A stretch of DNA of 64,000 nt from Candidatus Fermentibacteraceae bacterium (GTDB lineage Bacteria > Fermentibacterota > Fermentibacteria > Fermentibacterales > JCC-6): positions 3,299-67,298 of the forward strand of contig JAWOHL010000041.1 of assembly GCA_046485185.1 (NCBI GenBank). The letters are read 5' to 3'. Position numbers and translations under genes: made by a program. Shown here piece after piece: positions 26,635 through 34,734 of this stretch (position 1 is the stretch's first letter; each line of letters starts with the position of its first letter). The notes under the pieces were generated by a model. The model saw nothing but the letters and a program-made list of their open reading frames with translations, made no database searches and was not told where the DNA came from.

Positions 26635-27642
26635 TCACCGGAGCGGGGCGGCTACGACCACGGTTTCAGTCGTGGTGAGCCTTTCCCCGGCCTGCGTGGT
26701 TCCCTCGAGAAGCAGGATGTACTGCCCCATGGGGAGGGACTCGTTCATGTCACCAGTGCCGTCCCAGACGAACCGGTCTCCCGCGGGCATGTTCTCGGCC
26801 AGATGGACAACCGCCCTGCCGCTCCTGTCGAACAGTGTCAGGTCAAGAAGGCTTCCCGCAGGTCCCCCGAACGTCACCGTCATGACTTCGCCCAATGAGG
26901 GAGCGAAGGGGTTCCCCTGGACTTCGAGGTGGAAGACCGGAGGAATGGAGGGATCGTACACCGAAACGTCCGTCTGGTACCTTGGAAGCAGCTGATACCC
27001 GGAGCTGTAGGGCGGTTCGGACGAGTACTGCCCCCCTATTCCGGTCAGCACCAGTCTCGTGCCGGGACCGATGCCCGAAACATCAATGCCTGTCGTTTCA
27101 TTCACCCTGACCGCGATGAGCGAGTTGCCGTTCCAGGCGTTGAAGTTCCATCCGCCGCCGGACGATGACGGCGTATCCACGACCGTTACCCAGTGACCGT
27201 ACGAAACGCTCCCTATCACCAGCAGCATCCCCTCGATGCTTTCGTTTACGCTTCTGTGTCGTGAGAGGTAGAGGGGGGATGGCACGCCGGGGCTTCCCAG
27301 TAACTGGAAATCGGAAGGTTCTGCCGGCGATATCTCGGTGAGTCCGTTGTAGAACTTGATCTCTCCCGTGATCAGGTACTCTTCGCCGGCACTAACCTCC
27401 CCCGGGGAGGCGGAACTGTACGCATAAACGTTTATCCCGGCGGTTTCATCCTGTACGTAGAAGCTGAGGCCGGTGGTGGAAAAAAGCGTGCCTTCACAAG
27501 TGGCAACAGCCTGGATCGTGACGGTCTGCCCCAGAAGATCGGGAACTCCGTCTCCGTTCGCATCCACCCTGGCCTCTGCCACGGTCAGGACCTGAGCCCA
27601 CAACCTGCATGCGAGAAGTGCCGGCACAAGGAATCTTTTCAT
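26635..27642 (-). CDS. Secreted protein: OB-fold-like N-terminal module + T9SS-type / FlgD-Ig-like C-terminal domain
   Basis: Start taken at MKRFLVPALLA (signal peptide). QTVTIQAVATCEGTLF..LSFYVQDETAGINVY..GEEYLITGEIKFYNGLTEI. The tail is LDLTLFDRSGRAVVHL...GQYILLLEG. Confidence 0.55.
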   Translation of the reverse strand: MKRFLVPALLACRLWAQVLTVAEARVDANGDGVPDLLGQTVTIQAVATCEGTLFSTTGLSFYVQDETAGINVYAYSSASPGEVSAGEEYLITGEIKFYNGLTEISPAEPSDFQLLGSPGVPSPLYLSRHRSVNESIEGMLLVIGSVSYGHWVTVVDTPSSSGGGWNFNAWNGNSLIAVRVNETTGIDVSGIGPGTRLVLTGIGGQYSSEPPYSSGYQLLPRYQTDVSVYDPSIPPVFHLEVQGNPFAPSLGEVMTVTFGGPAGSLLDLTLFDRSGRAVVHLAENMPAGDRFVWDGTGDMNESLPMGQYILLLEGTTQAGERLTTTETVVVAAPLR

Positions 27643-27658
27643 GTGGTAACTCTCCCCC

Positions 27659-28960
27659 TCACCTTTCGGCTTCCAGCCGGATTTCAGCGTCGGCCAGGGC
27701 TGCGGCCCGCTCCAGAGCCTCCACCGCCGACATCCTGCCATAAAGTACTATTTCCACTGCCTCGGAAAGAAATTCGCGACCATCGTACCACGCCGTGGCC
27801 TGGGGTTCGTGGAGAGCTGTTTCCACCTGCTGCACCACCGAAAGCAGGCCCGGGTAATCAGAGAATTTCTGAACCATCAGGGGGGCATCGAGACTTGACC
27901 GTCTGGCGGGCAGGTAACCGCTGCCCGCGGCCCACCTGGCCTGCTGTTCAGAAGACGTGAACCAGCGGATGAATTCCCAGCCGGCATCAACGACCCGGGG
28001 GTCCTGGTTTCGGAAGAGAACCACATTGGTTCCCGCGATGTAAACCCTTCGCTCCCTGTGACCGGGCAGCGCTGCGACACCGATGGTGAATGAGGTCAGT
28101 CCGCTCTCCCTTCGGCGCTCCATTTCCTGTTCCATGAAGGCAAGGCTTGTCACCGATCCCTGTACCTGACCGATTCCGCCGTCCAGGAAATCCCGCTGGT
28201 GGTCGTATCCCGAAGACAGGTAGGCCGTTCTGTCCACGTAGAGCAGATCGGTCAAAAAACCAAGGGCTTCCGCCCCACCGGGTCCGTTGAAGGCGGCCCT
28301 GGTTCCCTCATCGTCGAGAAGGGATCCGCCGGCCTGGGCAAGGAGGCACTCGAAAGTCCAGACACTTGGACCGAATGCCGTCCCCCACCTGTCACCTTCG
28401 TCCAGAAGGTCACCATCACCGTTGGCATCCAGGCAGAGGGCTTTCAGAAGCAGGCGCTGCTCGGCCCATGTCTCGGCGGGCACGAGCCCGAGTTGACGGT
28501 AAAGATCGACGTTGTAGTAGATCAGGGGCACGCTCTTGTTGAACGGAAAGCTGTAGATTCGCCCGTTGTAGGTGTTGTTCTCCCTGAATACCCTGAAAAA
28601 ATCATCCCAGTCATCCCGGGAGTACAGCGGATCAGCCTCCATCAGTGAATCCATTGGAACGATCACTCCTCCCCTGACCAGTTGGGACGTCCAGGTTTCG
28701 TACGCCTGGGCCATCGCCGGTGGGGAACCGGCCATCACCGAAGCCATGATCTTCTGGCTGAGAGCCCTGTAGTTCCCCATGTTGACAGGAACCACCCTGA
28801 TGTCGGGGTGCGTTCTGTTGAAATCGGCGATGAGCGTGTCCTCGAGAACGTCTCCCAGCGGTCCGCCCATGGCATGCCAGAAAACGACCTCGACCTGGCC
28901 GGACGTCGATGGATCATGGGTGCCGCAGCAGCACATCAGGCTGAAGAGCCCCATGATCAT
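27659..28960 (-). CDS. ABC-transporter family-1 extracellular solute-binding lipoprotein (orphan)
   Basis: VEVVFWHAMGGPLGDVLEDTLIADFNRTHPDIRV...MAQAYETWTSQL. Cys-rich lipobox region SLMCCCG. A CTG at 28975 with GGGAGGAAA 5 nt upstream may be the true start. Confidence 0.8.
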   Translation of the reverse strand: MIMGLFSLMCCCGTHDPSTSGQVEVVFWHAMGGPLGDVLEDTLIADFNRTHPDIRVVPVNMGNYRALSQKIMASVMAGSPPAMAQAYETWTSQLVRGGVIVPMDSLMEADPLYSRDDWDDFFRVFRENNTYNGRIYSFPFNKSVPLIYYNVDLYRQLGLVPAETWAEQRLLLKALCLDANGDGDLLDEGDRWGTAFGPSVWTFECLLAQAGGSLLDDEGTRAAFNGPGGAEALGFLTDLLYVDRTAYLSSGYDHQRDFLDGGIGQVQGSVTSLAFMEQEMERRRESGLTSFTIGVAALPGHRERRVYIAGTNVVLFRNQDPRVVDAGWEFIRWFTSSEQQARWAAGSGYLPARRSSLDAPLMVQKFSDYPGLLSVVQQVETALHEPQATAWYDGREFLSEAVEIVLYGRMSAVEALERAAALADAEIRLEAER

Positions 28961-29047
28961 GATTCGGGTTTTCAGAGAAGTTTCCTCCCGGTATGGTTCG
29001 TGGTAAGATGCAGTGCGGAAGGTCCGGGGACAAGAAGTGTCGAGCCC

Positions 29048-29076
29048 TTTTCACTGCGGTTTCCTCCTCGTATAAT
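29048..29076 (+). promoter_or_regulatory. Candidate sigma70 promoter for the lipoprotein pair
   Basis: TTTTCA, 17 nt, then a perfect TATAAT at 29071-29076. About 50 nt upstream of the TTG start at 29127. Confidence 0.4.
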
Positions 29077-29126
29077 CCAAACTCATATTCGAGGGAATTG
29101 ATGCCGCATGGCCATGGGGGGATTTT

Positions 29127-29609
29127 TTGAAAACGGCCTTCACCGCTGCCTTGCTGTTGCTTGCGGGGTGCTCGGGTCCGGGTGACCCGGCTTCCTCTCT
29201 GGTTTCTTTCTTTGACGCGGTGAAGTCCGGAAAGGGCAGTCAAGCCGTCGCATACCTGTCACAAGACGCGCTTGATTCACTCGAAGCAGGAATGAATCTG
29301 GCCGAACTGAAGCACAACCCCGACAGCTCATCAGCAGCGCTGGCCACTTATGGAGTAACCATGACACCGGAAGATGTCAGTGCGATCACAATAGACACCC
29401 TTCTCGAAAGGATGATAGAATCGCCGCTGTTCATGAGCATGATGGAAGAGGCATCCATTGAGGTCGGCGACGTGTCCGTTGTCGGCTCAAAGGCTATGGT
29501 GAACGCCACCGTGGTCTTCATCGGCGACACCACATCGGGCACCGTTGAAATGGTTCTTGAAGAAGATAACTGGAAGATCACCGGCGAAGGTTTGCGCTTC
29601 GCGCTTTGA
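29127..29609 (+). CDS. Small lipoprotein (NTF2/DUF4878-like), paralog 1
   Basis: TTG start. MKTAFTAALLLLAGCSG lipobox. Alignable along its whole length with the next gene. Confidence 0.6.
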   Translation: MKTAFTAALLLLAGCSGPGDPASSLVSFFDAVKSGKGSQAVAYLSQDALDSLEAGMNLAELKHNPDSSSAALATYGVTMTPEDVSAITIDTLLERMIESPLFMSMMEEASIEVGDVSVVGSKAMVNATVVFIGDTTSGTVEMVLEEDNWKITGEGLRFAL

Positions 29610-29638
29610 TGACCCCAAAACGAACAGGAGAAAAAACG

Positions 29639-30103
29639 ATGAAGAAGCTTCTTATAATCACGGCCATAGTGGCCATGATCGCAGGATGCGGAGCTGCCCC
29701 CAGTCCCAGGGCCACAGTCGAGAAGGCGTTCAACGCCCTCAAGACCGGTGACGGCAAAGCCCTCATCGAGTGCATGTCCGCCGAGCAGGTCGCCGAGCTC
29801 AACACCTCCGTCGAGGAAATGAAGGCCAACCCCGAAGAGTCCGCCCAGATGATGGCTTTCATCGGTATTACGGTCACCGCTGAAGAGATCAGCAACCTCG
29901 ATGCAGCAGGCTTCATCAGCCTTCTCTTCCAGTCCGAGATGTTCGGCGCCGAGTTCGCCGAGATGGAAGTAACCTTCGGCGCCGAGAGGATCGAAGGCGA
30001 CAACGCCTGGGTCGAGGTTACCGTCGACGGTGAAGCCGATGAAATCAAGCTGGTCAAGGAAGACGGCCGCTGGGTAATCGCTGAAGGCTTCGACATGATG
30101 TAG
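29639..30103 (+). CDS. Small lipoprotein (NTF2/DUF4878-like), paralog 2
   Basis: AGGAG SD. MKKLLIITAIVAMIAGCG lipobox. Shares VEKAFNALKTGDG.. / ..EDGRWVIAEG architecture with paralog 1. Confidence 0.6.
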   Translation: MKKLLIITAIVAMIAGCGAAPSPRATVEKAFNALKTGDGKALIECMSAEQVAELNTSVEEMKANPEESAQMMAFIGITVTAEEISNLDAAGFISLLFQSEMFGAEFAEMEVTFGAERIEGDNAWVEVTVDGEADEIKLVKEDGRWVIAEGFDMM

Positions 30104-30125
30104 AACCGGCAAGCCCGGTTCCCCG

Positions 30126-30158
30126 GGGGGGGCGGTTCATCCGCTCCCCCTTTTCTTT
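30126..30158 (+). terminator. Intrinsic terminator after the lipoprotein pair
   Basis: 10-bp stem gggggggcgg / ccgctccccc (one G-U pair), loop ttcat, followed by TTTTCTTT. A second 7-bp hairpin lies at 30103-30121. Confidence 0.7.
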
Positions 30159-30195
30159 ACTGGGCGTGAACTACAGAGTGTTGTCTTTGGAGGAG

Positions 30196-30450
30196 TCAGT
30201 CGTCTTTTTTATTGCAGCCTTCGCAGCAGCCCGATGACTTGCCCGATTCGACCGGGCAGCCCGATGACTTCTTCTTATAGTCGGTCTCGTAGAAGCCGCT
30301 GCCCTTGAACATCAGCCCTGCGCCGGTGCCGATCAGCCTTCGCACGGGTCCACCGCACTGGGGGCAGACACAGTCGGGCGTATCGCTCATCTGCTGGAAC
30401 TTTTCGTAACGGTAGTCGCACTTCTCACACAGATAATCGTAGTTAGGCAT
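30196..30450 (-). CDS. FmdB-family zinc-ribbon protein
   Basis: MPNYDYLCEKCDYRYE...CPQCGG is the classic FmdB CxxC...CxxC. It carries an extra Cys-rich tail, SSGCPVESGKSSGCCEGC. Confidence 0.8.
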   Translation of the reverse strand: MPNYDYLCEKCDYRYEKFQQMSDTPDCVCPQCGGPVRRLIGTGAGLMFKGSGFYETDYKKKSSGCPVESGKSSGCCEGCNKKDD

Positions 30451-30498
30451 TTATTCCGCTCCGCTCCTGCGGCTTTCCGAGTAATCACCGCAAAGGTA

Positions 30499-30544
30499 AT
30501 ATAGAAAAACGGTCAAGCATGGCTCCCGTGATCCGTCCATGCTT
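30499..30544 (-). terminator. Candidate intrinsic terminator after the UPF0104 gene
   Basis: On the minus strand: aagcatgg-(14 nt)-ccatgctt followed by gaccgTTTTTCTATATT. Confidence 0.45.
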
Positions 30545-30570
30545 ATTGTAATTATAACTTCCGCATGAGG

Positions 30571-31554
30571 TTACGGTGGCAAACTAATCTTTCTAAGTCC
30601 GTCCCCCTGGGCGATCAGGCCGGCGACGATGATGGGGAGGAACTGGGAGGCGTGGAAGAGGATGGCCATGGCTTTGGCGGTAGGTTCGGGCACGCCGGTT
30701 ATGACGGGGAAGACCACCCCCAGAAGGTAGTGGATGGTGCCGGTGCCGGCGGGCGTGGGAATGAGCATTCCAAGGCCCGAAAGAACCAGGACCAGCGGCG
30801 CAGTGTACCACTGGAAGCTCATGCCGAGGCTCCAGAAAACGGGGATGACCGAGGCCGTGAGGCATCCCCACACACCGGCAGAAAAAGCCGCGGCCTTAAC
30901 TATGTCACGAGGGCTTTTCAGCACATCAAGCCCGGCCGCGAAGCTCAGAAGCATCCCCTCGAGCTTCCCCGCAGGGCCGTTCAACCCCAGCATTCGAAGG
31001 GGGCGCACGAGCAGCGCCGCCGCCTTTCCGTGCCACGCGCGCAGAGCCGCGAGTACAAGCAGCACTGCAATGTACCCGGCGCCGGCCAGCATGAGGCCGG
31101 ACCTTATGGCGCCTGTCAGGTCGCGCCACATGGAAACCATGACAAGAAGCGCCAATAAGGTCAGGGAAAGGCCGTCGAAAAGCCTGGCGACAACGACAGT
31201 GGCGAACCCGGAGGAGAATGGGACCCGGGTCTTTCTGGCGAGAAGCATTGCCCTCGCCACCTCACCGATCCTGCCCGGGAAGACGCTGTTCAGCATGAAG
31301 GCCACAAGGACGGGAGGGGTAAGAATCCTGTATGGCACTGCCTCGAGATGGATAAGCAGCACTCGCCACCGCAGGACCCTGAAGGTGTAGCTGGCGGTAA
31401 GCAGGGGAAGCACGAGAAGCAGGGGGAGCATGGAAGCAGATGAAACAACGGCTTGCAGCTCTGACCAGTCGGTGTTCCGGAACGTCAGCCAGAGCGTGGC
31501 GATGGCGATGACTCCCCCTATAATCGTTTTCAGAAGGGTCTCACGTTTTGGCAA
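30571..31554 (-). CDS. UPF0104 / lysylphosphatidylglycerol-synthase-TM-like (flippase-like) membrane protein
   Basis: LLKTIIGGVIAIATLWLTFRNTDWSEL...YTFRVLRWRVLL plus 8 TM segments. I propose TTG 31554 as the start (GGAGG 6 nt upstream); it overlaps the gmhA 3' end by 14 nt. Confidence 0.7.
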   Translation of the reverse strand: MPKRETLLKTIIGGVIAIATLWLTFRNTDWSELQAVVSSASMLPLLLVLPLLTASYTFRVLRWRVLLIHLEAVPYRILTPPVLVAFMLNSVFPGRIGEVARAMLLARKTRVPFSSGFATVVVARLFDGLSLTLLALLVMVSMWRDLTGAIRSGLMLAGAGYIAVLLVLAALRAWHGKAAALLVRPLRMLGLNGPAGKLEGMLLSFAAGLDVLKSPRDIVKAAAFSAGVWGCLTASVIPVFWSLGMSFQWYTAPLVLVLSGLGMLIPTPAGTGTIHYLLGVVFPVITGVPEPTAKAMAILFHASQFLPIIVAGLIAQGDGLRKISLPP

Positions 31555-32086
31555 CGGATTCCTCCAGGCCGAGGCACAGCGCATGGAATGCCACCAGCAT
31601 GGCTTCCTGTGCATGGCTTGTCACAGTTGAGGGGGCCCTCCAGTGAAGATGGGCCCAGGGAGCTTCCCTGCCCGCCGCGGTGAACGCCACGACCTTCATC
31701 CCGAGCGCGGCAGCCGCTTGCGCGGCGTTCGTCACATTTGGTGAAGCTCCACTGGTGGTGATGGCCAGAAGAACATCCCCACGGCATCCCAGGGCCTCGA
31801 CCTGCCGGGCGAAAACGCTTTCGTAACCGTAATCGTTGGCCAACGCGGTCATCACGGCAGGGTCAACGGTGAGGGCGACGACCGGAAGCGCCCTTCGCTC
31901 GAGGCGGAACCTGCCCACAAGTTCGCCAGCGAGATGTGAAGCGTCAGCTGCGCTGCCTCCGTTGCCGCAGACAAGCACTTTGCCCCGCGCCGCAATGGCT
32001 TCATGGATGCACAGAAGGATGCCCTCAAGGGTTTCGAGGTCGAACCCGTCGAGGTTGTGCGCTGCTTCTTCGAGATACTTTTTCAT
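31541..32086 (-). CDS. gmhA: D-sedoheptulose-7-phosphate isomerase (SIS domain)
   Basis: KVLVCGNGGSAADASHLAGELVGRF...LAITTSGASPNV. ATGA overlap with the rfbD stop. The 381-aa ORF-track version is an out-of-context 5' extension. Confidence 0.8.
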   Translation of the reverse strand: MKKYLEEAAHNLDGFDLETLEGILLCIHEAIAARGKVLVCGNGGSAADASHLAGELVGRFRLERRALPVVALTVDPAVMTALANDYGYESVFARQVEALGCRGDVLLAITTSGASPNVTNAAQAAAALGMKVVAFTAAGREAPWAHLHWRAPSTVTSHAQEAMLVAFHALCLGLEESVAKT

Positions 32087-32877
32087 AGGCTTTCCATCCA
32101 TTCCTCGAACGCCGCATCCAGTGGTGGAAGGTGGAAGGGTCCGGTTGTACCCAGAGCCGAATAGACGGGCCGCGGGGCCGGAACGTCCAGGTCCTTCCAG
32201 CAGACGGCCCTGACGGTTCCACAGCCAAGTCTTTCCCTCAGGGTTGACGCAAGACCGAGGGGGGTCACGGGGCCGGGGTTGACGCAGTGAAAAATGCCGG
32301 TGCTCCCGGAGTCCACAATTCTGACGATAGCCTCCACGAGATGCGGGACAAAAGTCACGCATGCCGTCTGGTCCTTCACGACATTCAGTGCCGCACCGCG
32401 GATAAGGCCGCTGTGCAGCCAGGGCAACAGCCCCTTCCCTTTGCCGAAGAGCCAGGATGTCCTGATCACGGCGCTGCGACCGGTAGCCAGGGCTTCGAGT
32501 TCCCCCGACAGCTTGCTCTCGCCGTAAAGGTTCGCTGGATGCGTCGGGGCGCCCTCGGTGATGGGAGCATCGCCGGTGGTGAAGACATGATCGGTGGAGA
32601 TGGTCACAAGCCGCGCTCCTGTTGCCGCCAGGTGCCTGACCCCGTCCCGGTGCACAAGGAAGGCACGGTCCGGGTTGGTCTGGCATTTGTCAACATCGGT
32701 CAGGGCGGCGCAGTTGATTATCACGGAGGGTTCAGACATCTTCAACCCCTTGGTCACTGATGCCCAGTCGGTTATGTCCAGCCCGGGAAGGTCCATACCG
32801 GTTGCCCTGCAGCCCAGTCTGGCCAGGACGGCCGTTCCCAGAAGACCGTTGCCTCCCGTGACCAGTATCTCAGCCAC
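32083..32877 (-). CDS. rfbD: dTDP-4-dehydrorhamnose reductase
   Basis: ILVTGGNGLLG, STDHVF, YGESKLSGE. GTG 32877 is chosen as the start (8-nt overlap with the cpsB stop); ATG 32913 is an alternative. Confidence 0.8.
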   Translation of the reverse strand: MAEILVTGGNGLLGTAVLARLGCRATGMDLPGLDITDWASVTKGLKMSEPSVIINCAALTDVDKCQTNPDRAFLVHRDGVRHLAATGARLVTISTDHVFTTGDAPITEGAPTHPANLYGESKLSGELEALATGRSAVIRTSWLFGKGKGLLPWLHSGLIRGAALNVVKDQTACVTFVPHLVEAIVRIVDSGSTGIFHCVNPGPVTPLGLASTLRERLGCGTVRAVCWKDLDVPAPRPVYSALGTTGPFHLPPLDAAFEEWMESL

Positions 32878-33595
32878 GTCCCGCCCCGCCCAACGGTGGA
32901 AGGGAACAGTCATCGAGGATGATCCGGGGGTTCTCCTCCGAAAGCGTCTTCCAGCCTCCGGGGCGAAGCCTTTCAACGGTCTCCCGGGCGTCGTCGCCGA
33001 GGACCATGTCACGGATGGTGTGGCAATCGCTTGTCACTATGTGGCACATGCCCGAACTGATTATCCACTCCGCCCTTTTAACGCAACTGGGGATCGAGAG
33101 GGACCGCATGCTCATGCTGACACCCGCTCCCATCCCCGCCAGAAGCCTCAGCCTGGCTGCGGTGGCCCACTTGTAGCGCTCGGCATGAGCCAGAAGGGGT
33201 CTGTAGCCTGCTTTGAAGAGCCTGACGATACGGCGCAGCACGCTGAACCAGAAGATACCCTGGGTGAACTCCACGAGGACCGTACGGGTTCCGGGGTACG
33301 AAACCAGCCTGTAGATATCGGACTTTCTCATCCCGAGAAGCAGCTCTCCCGCGGAGATCACGTGAAGCCAGTCGTCCGATGCCCTTTCGACGAACCGGCA
33401 CGATCTGTCGGCCCTGGACAGGGCTGCAAGATAGGCCATGTTCGTCGAGAAGTGCGACGTGGCGGCGACAACTGAGCCTTTCGGCATGGCCTGCCGCATT
33501 TTTTCGATAATTCTGAGCGCTTCACCGGGCGTAACAGGCCCGTCATCCACCCCGGGAACTATGTGGGTGTGCAGATCGTAGCAGGGCGGGTTCAT
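32870..33595 (-). CDS. PHP-domain protein-tyrosine phosphatase (CpsB/YwqE-like)
   Basis: MNPPCYDLHTHIVPGVDDGP matches the CpsB N-terminal metal-binding motif. Later motifs are LAHAERY and VTSDCH. Start at ATG 33595 overlaps the upstream stop (ATGA). Confidence 0.7.
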   Translation of the reverse strand: MNPPCYDLHTHIVPGVDDGPVTPGEALRIIEKMRQAMPKGSVVAATSHFSTNMAYLAALSRADRSCRFVERASDDWLHVISAGELLLGMRKSDIYRLVSYPGTRTVLVEFTQGIFWFSVLRRIVRLFKAGYRPLLAHAERYKWATAARLRLLAGMGAGVSMSMRSLSIPSCVKRAEWIISSGMCHIVTSDCHTIRDMVLGDDARETVERLRPGGWKTLSEENPRIILDDCSLPPLGGAGRG

Positions 33596-34116
33596 GCCGG
33601 CCTTCCCAACCCGGCCAGAAGGCCGGTCCTCCCGTGGCGTACGATCCGGCCCAACCTGATGCCCGAGGCCCTGACAGCGGTTTCCACGTCTCGCCCGGCG
33701 CCCCAGCGGAATGTGAGCAGGAACACCCCGTCCGGTTTCAACAGGTGAGCGGCGGCAAAGATGAACATGTAGAGAAGAAGCGGGCCGCCCCGCCTCGTAC
33801 CCTCTCTCGCAGGGTCGGGACTCGGCCTTCCGGACCCGCTCACAAAGTAGGGCGGGTTCGCGGTGACAAGGTCGGCAATCCCCTGCGGAAAAAGTGCAGG
33901 CACCTGCCCGACCCCGGCGAGAACCGGCAGTACGGCATCGCGGGAGAGACGCAGGGAATCCGGACAGGTGTCGAGGCCGATCCAGACGATTGAGTCGTTC
34001 ACTTCCGAAACAAGTCTTGGAACCTCGCCAGCGCCCGTGCCGAGATCGAAGGCGAGGCCTCCCGGACAGGCCGTGGAAGCCTCGTGGGCCAGAATAACCG
34101 AGTCGGTGGTCGTCAC
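33592..34116 (-). CDS. Class I SAM-dependent methyltransferase with NPPY motif
   Basis: Motif I FDLGTGAG and motif IV TANPPYF (N6-adenine / glutamine-N5 type). Compact at 174 aa. Confidence 0.7.
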   Translation of the reverse strand: MTTTDSVILAHEASTACPGGLAFDLGTGAGEVPRLVSEVNDSIVWIGLDTCPDSLRLSRDAVLPVLAGVGQVPALFPQGIADLVTANPPYFVSGSGRPSPDPAREGTRRGGPLLLYMFIFAAAHLLKPDGVFLLTFRWGAGRDVETAVRASGIRLGRIVRHGRTGLLAGLGRPA

Positions 34117-34724
34117 CGCCGGTAGAGGGCCTTGGCGACGCCCCAGGTATAGTTATCACCGGTGTAGTAAGGCATCCTTATGTCGTCCCAGTCCCTGATG
34201 CTCCACAGTCCGAACTCGTCCGCGATCATCGTTATCCACGCGCTTCCCATGGCGGGGCGCTCCCAGCCGCAGCCCAGGGTTCCTGCGGCGACGATGTAAT
34301 AGTCGCGATAGACGGTCACGCTGTCGTAGGGGACGGAAGGGTCGGGGTGCTGGGCATCGGTGGTGAAAAAGGCCAGTGACAGGCTGTCCGACGGAGCACC
34401 GGATGCCTGGGCCTGGTAGATGATGGATGAGACGGTCTGGGATTCGACTTCTTTCGTCCATTCCGAAAAATCAAGGCTCTGGAACCCGGGGTCCGAGACA
34501 TCGAGCGGGTCGGCGGTGAAAAAGAAGTCTTCGTGGAAACACGCGTTGTAGTACCCCACTGAAAGACCGTTGAGCGAGTTCTGAAGGTTGCTTATGACTA
34601 TCGCGGGCTGCGTGGGGGTCTGCCACACCACGGGCGGATCGGGATCGGGGGGCTCGGGTTCACGGGGCTCGAAGATGCTGCAGGCCGCAAGCATCACAAA
34701 AAGGATCAGAGGAATGGCTTTCAT
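34113..34724 (-). CDS. Lipoprotein, unknown function
   Basis: MKAIPLILFVMLAACS lipobox followed by a Pro/Glu-rich linker (EPREPEPPDPDPP). 4-nt overlap with the downstream methyltransferase gene. Confidence 0.55.
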   Translation of the reverse strand: MKAIPLILFVMLAACSIFEPREPEPPDPDPPVVWQTPTQPAIVISNLQNSLNGLSVGYYNACFHEDFFFTADPLDVSDPGFQSLDFSEWTKEVESQTVSSIIYQAQASGAPSDSLSLAFFTTDAQHPDPSVPYDSVTVYRDYYIVAAGTLGCGWERPAMGSAWITMIADEFGLWSIRDWDDIRMPYYTGDNYTWGVAKALYRR

Positions 34725-34734
34725 CTCATGCCCC

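Noticed and set aside
28961-29126. The divergent spacer between the SBP operon and the lipoprotein pair, scanned for a minus-strand promoter, riboswitch or small RNA.
   Set aside because: Only the plus-strand TATAAT-containing candidate is convincing. I found no acceptable -35/-10 pair for the minus strand and no obvious conserved-looking structure.
31541-32686. ORF-track proteins of 381 aa (31541-32686), 429 aa (32870-34159), 343 aa (58712-59743), 894 aa (23378-26062), 490 aa (2916-4388) and 329 aa (36537-37526) read as very long N-terminally extended genes.
   Set aside because: In each case the recognisable domain begins at an internal start that abuts or overlaps the stop of the upstream gene (ATGA/GTGA-type junctions). 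The extension is a junk-like Arg/Pro-rich reading of the neighbouring gene in another frame. The trimmed coordinates are given in the features list.
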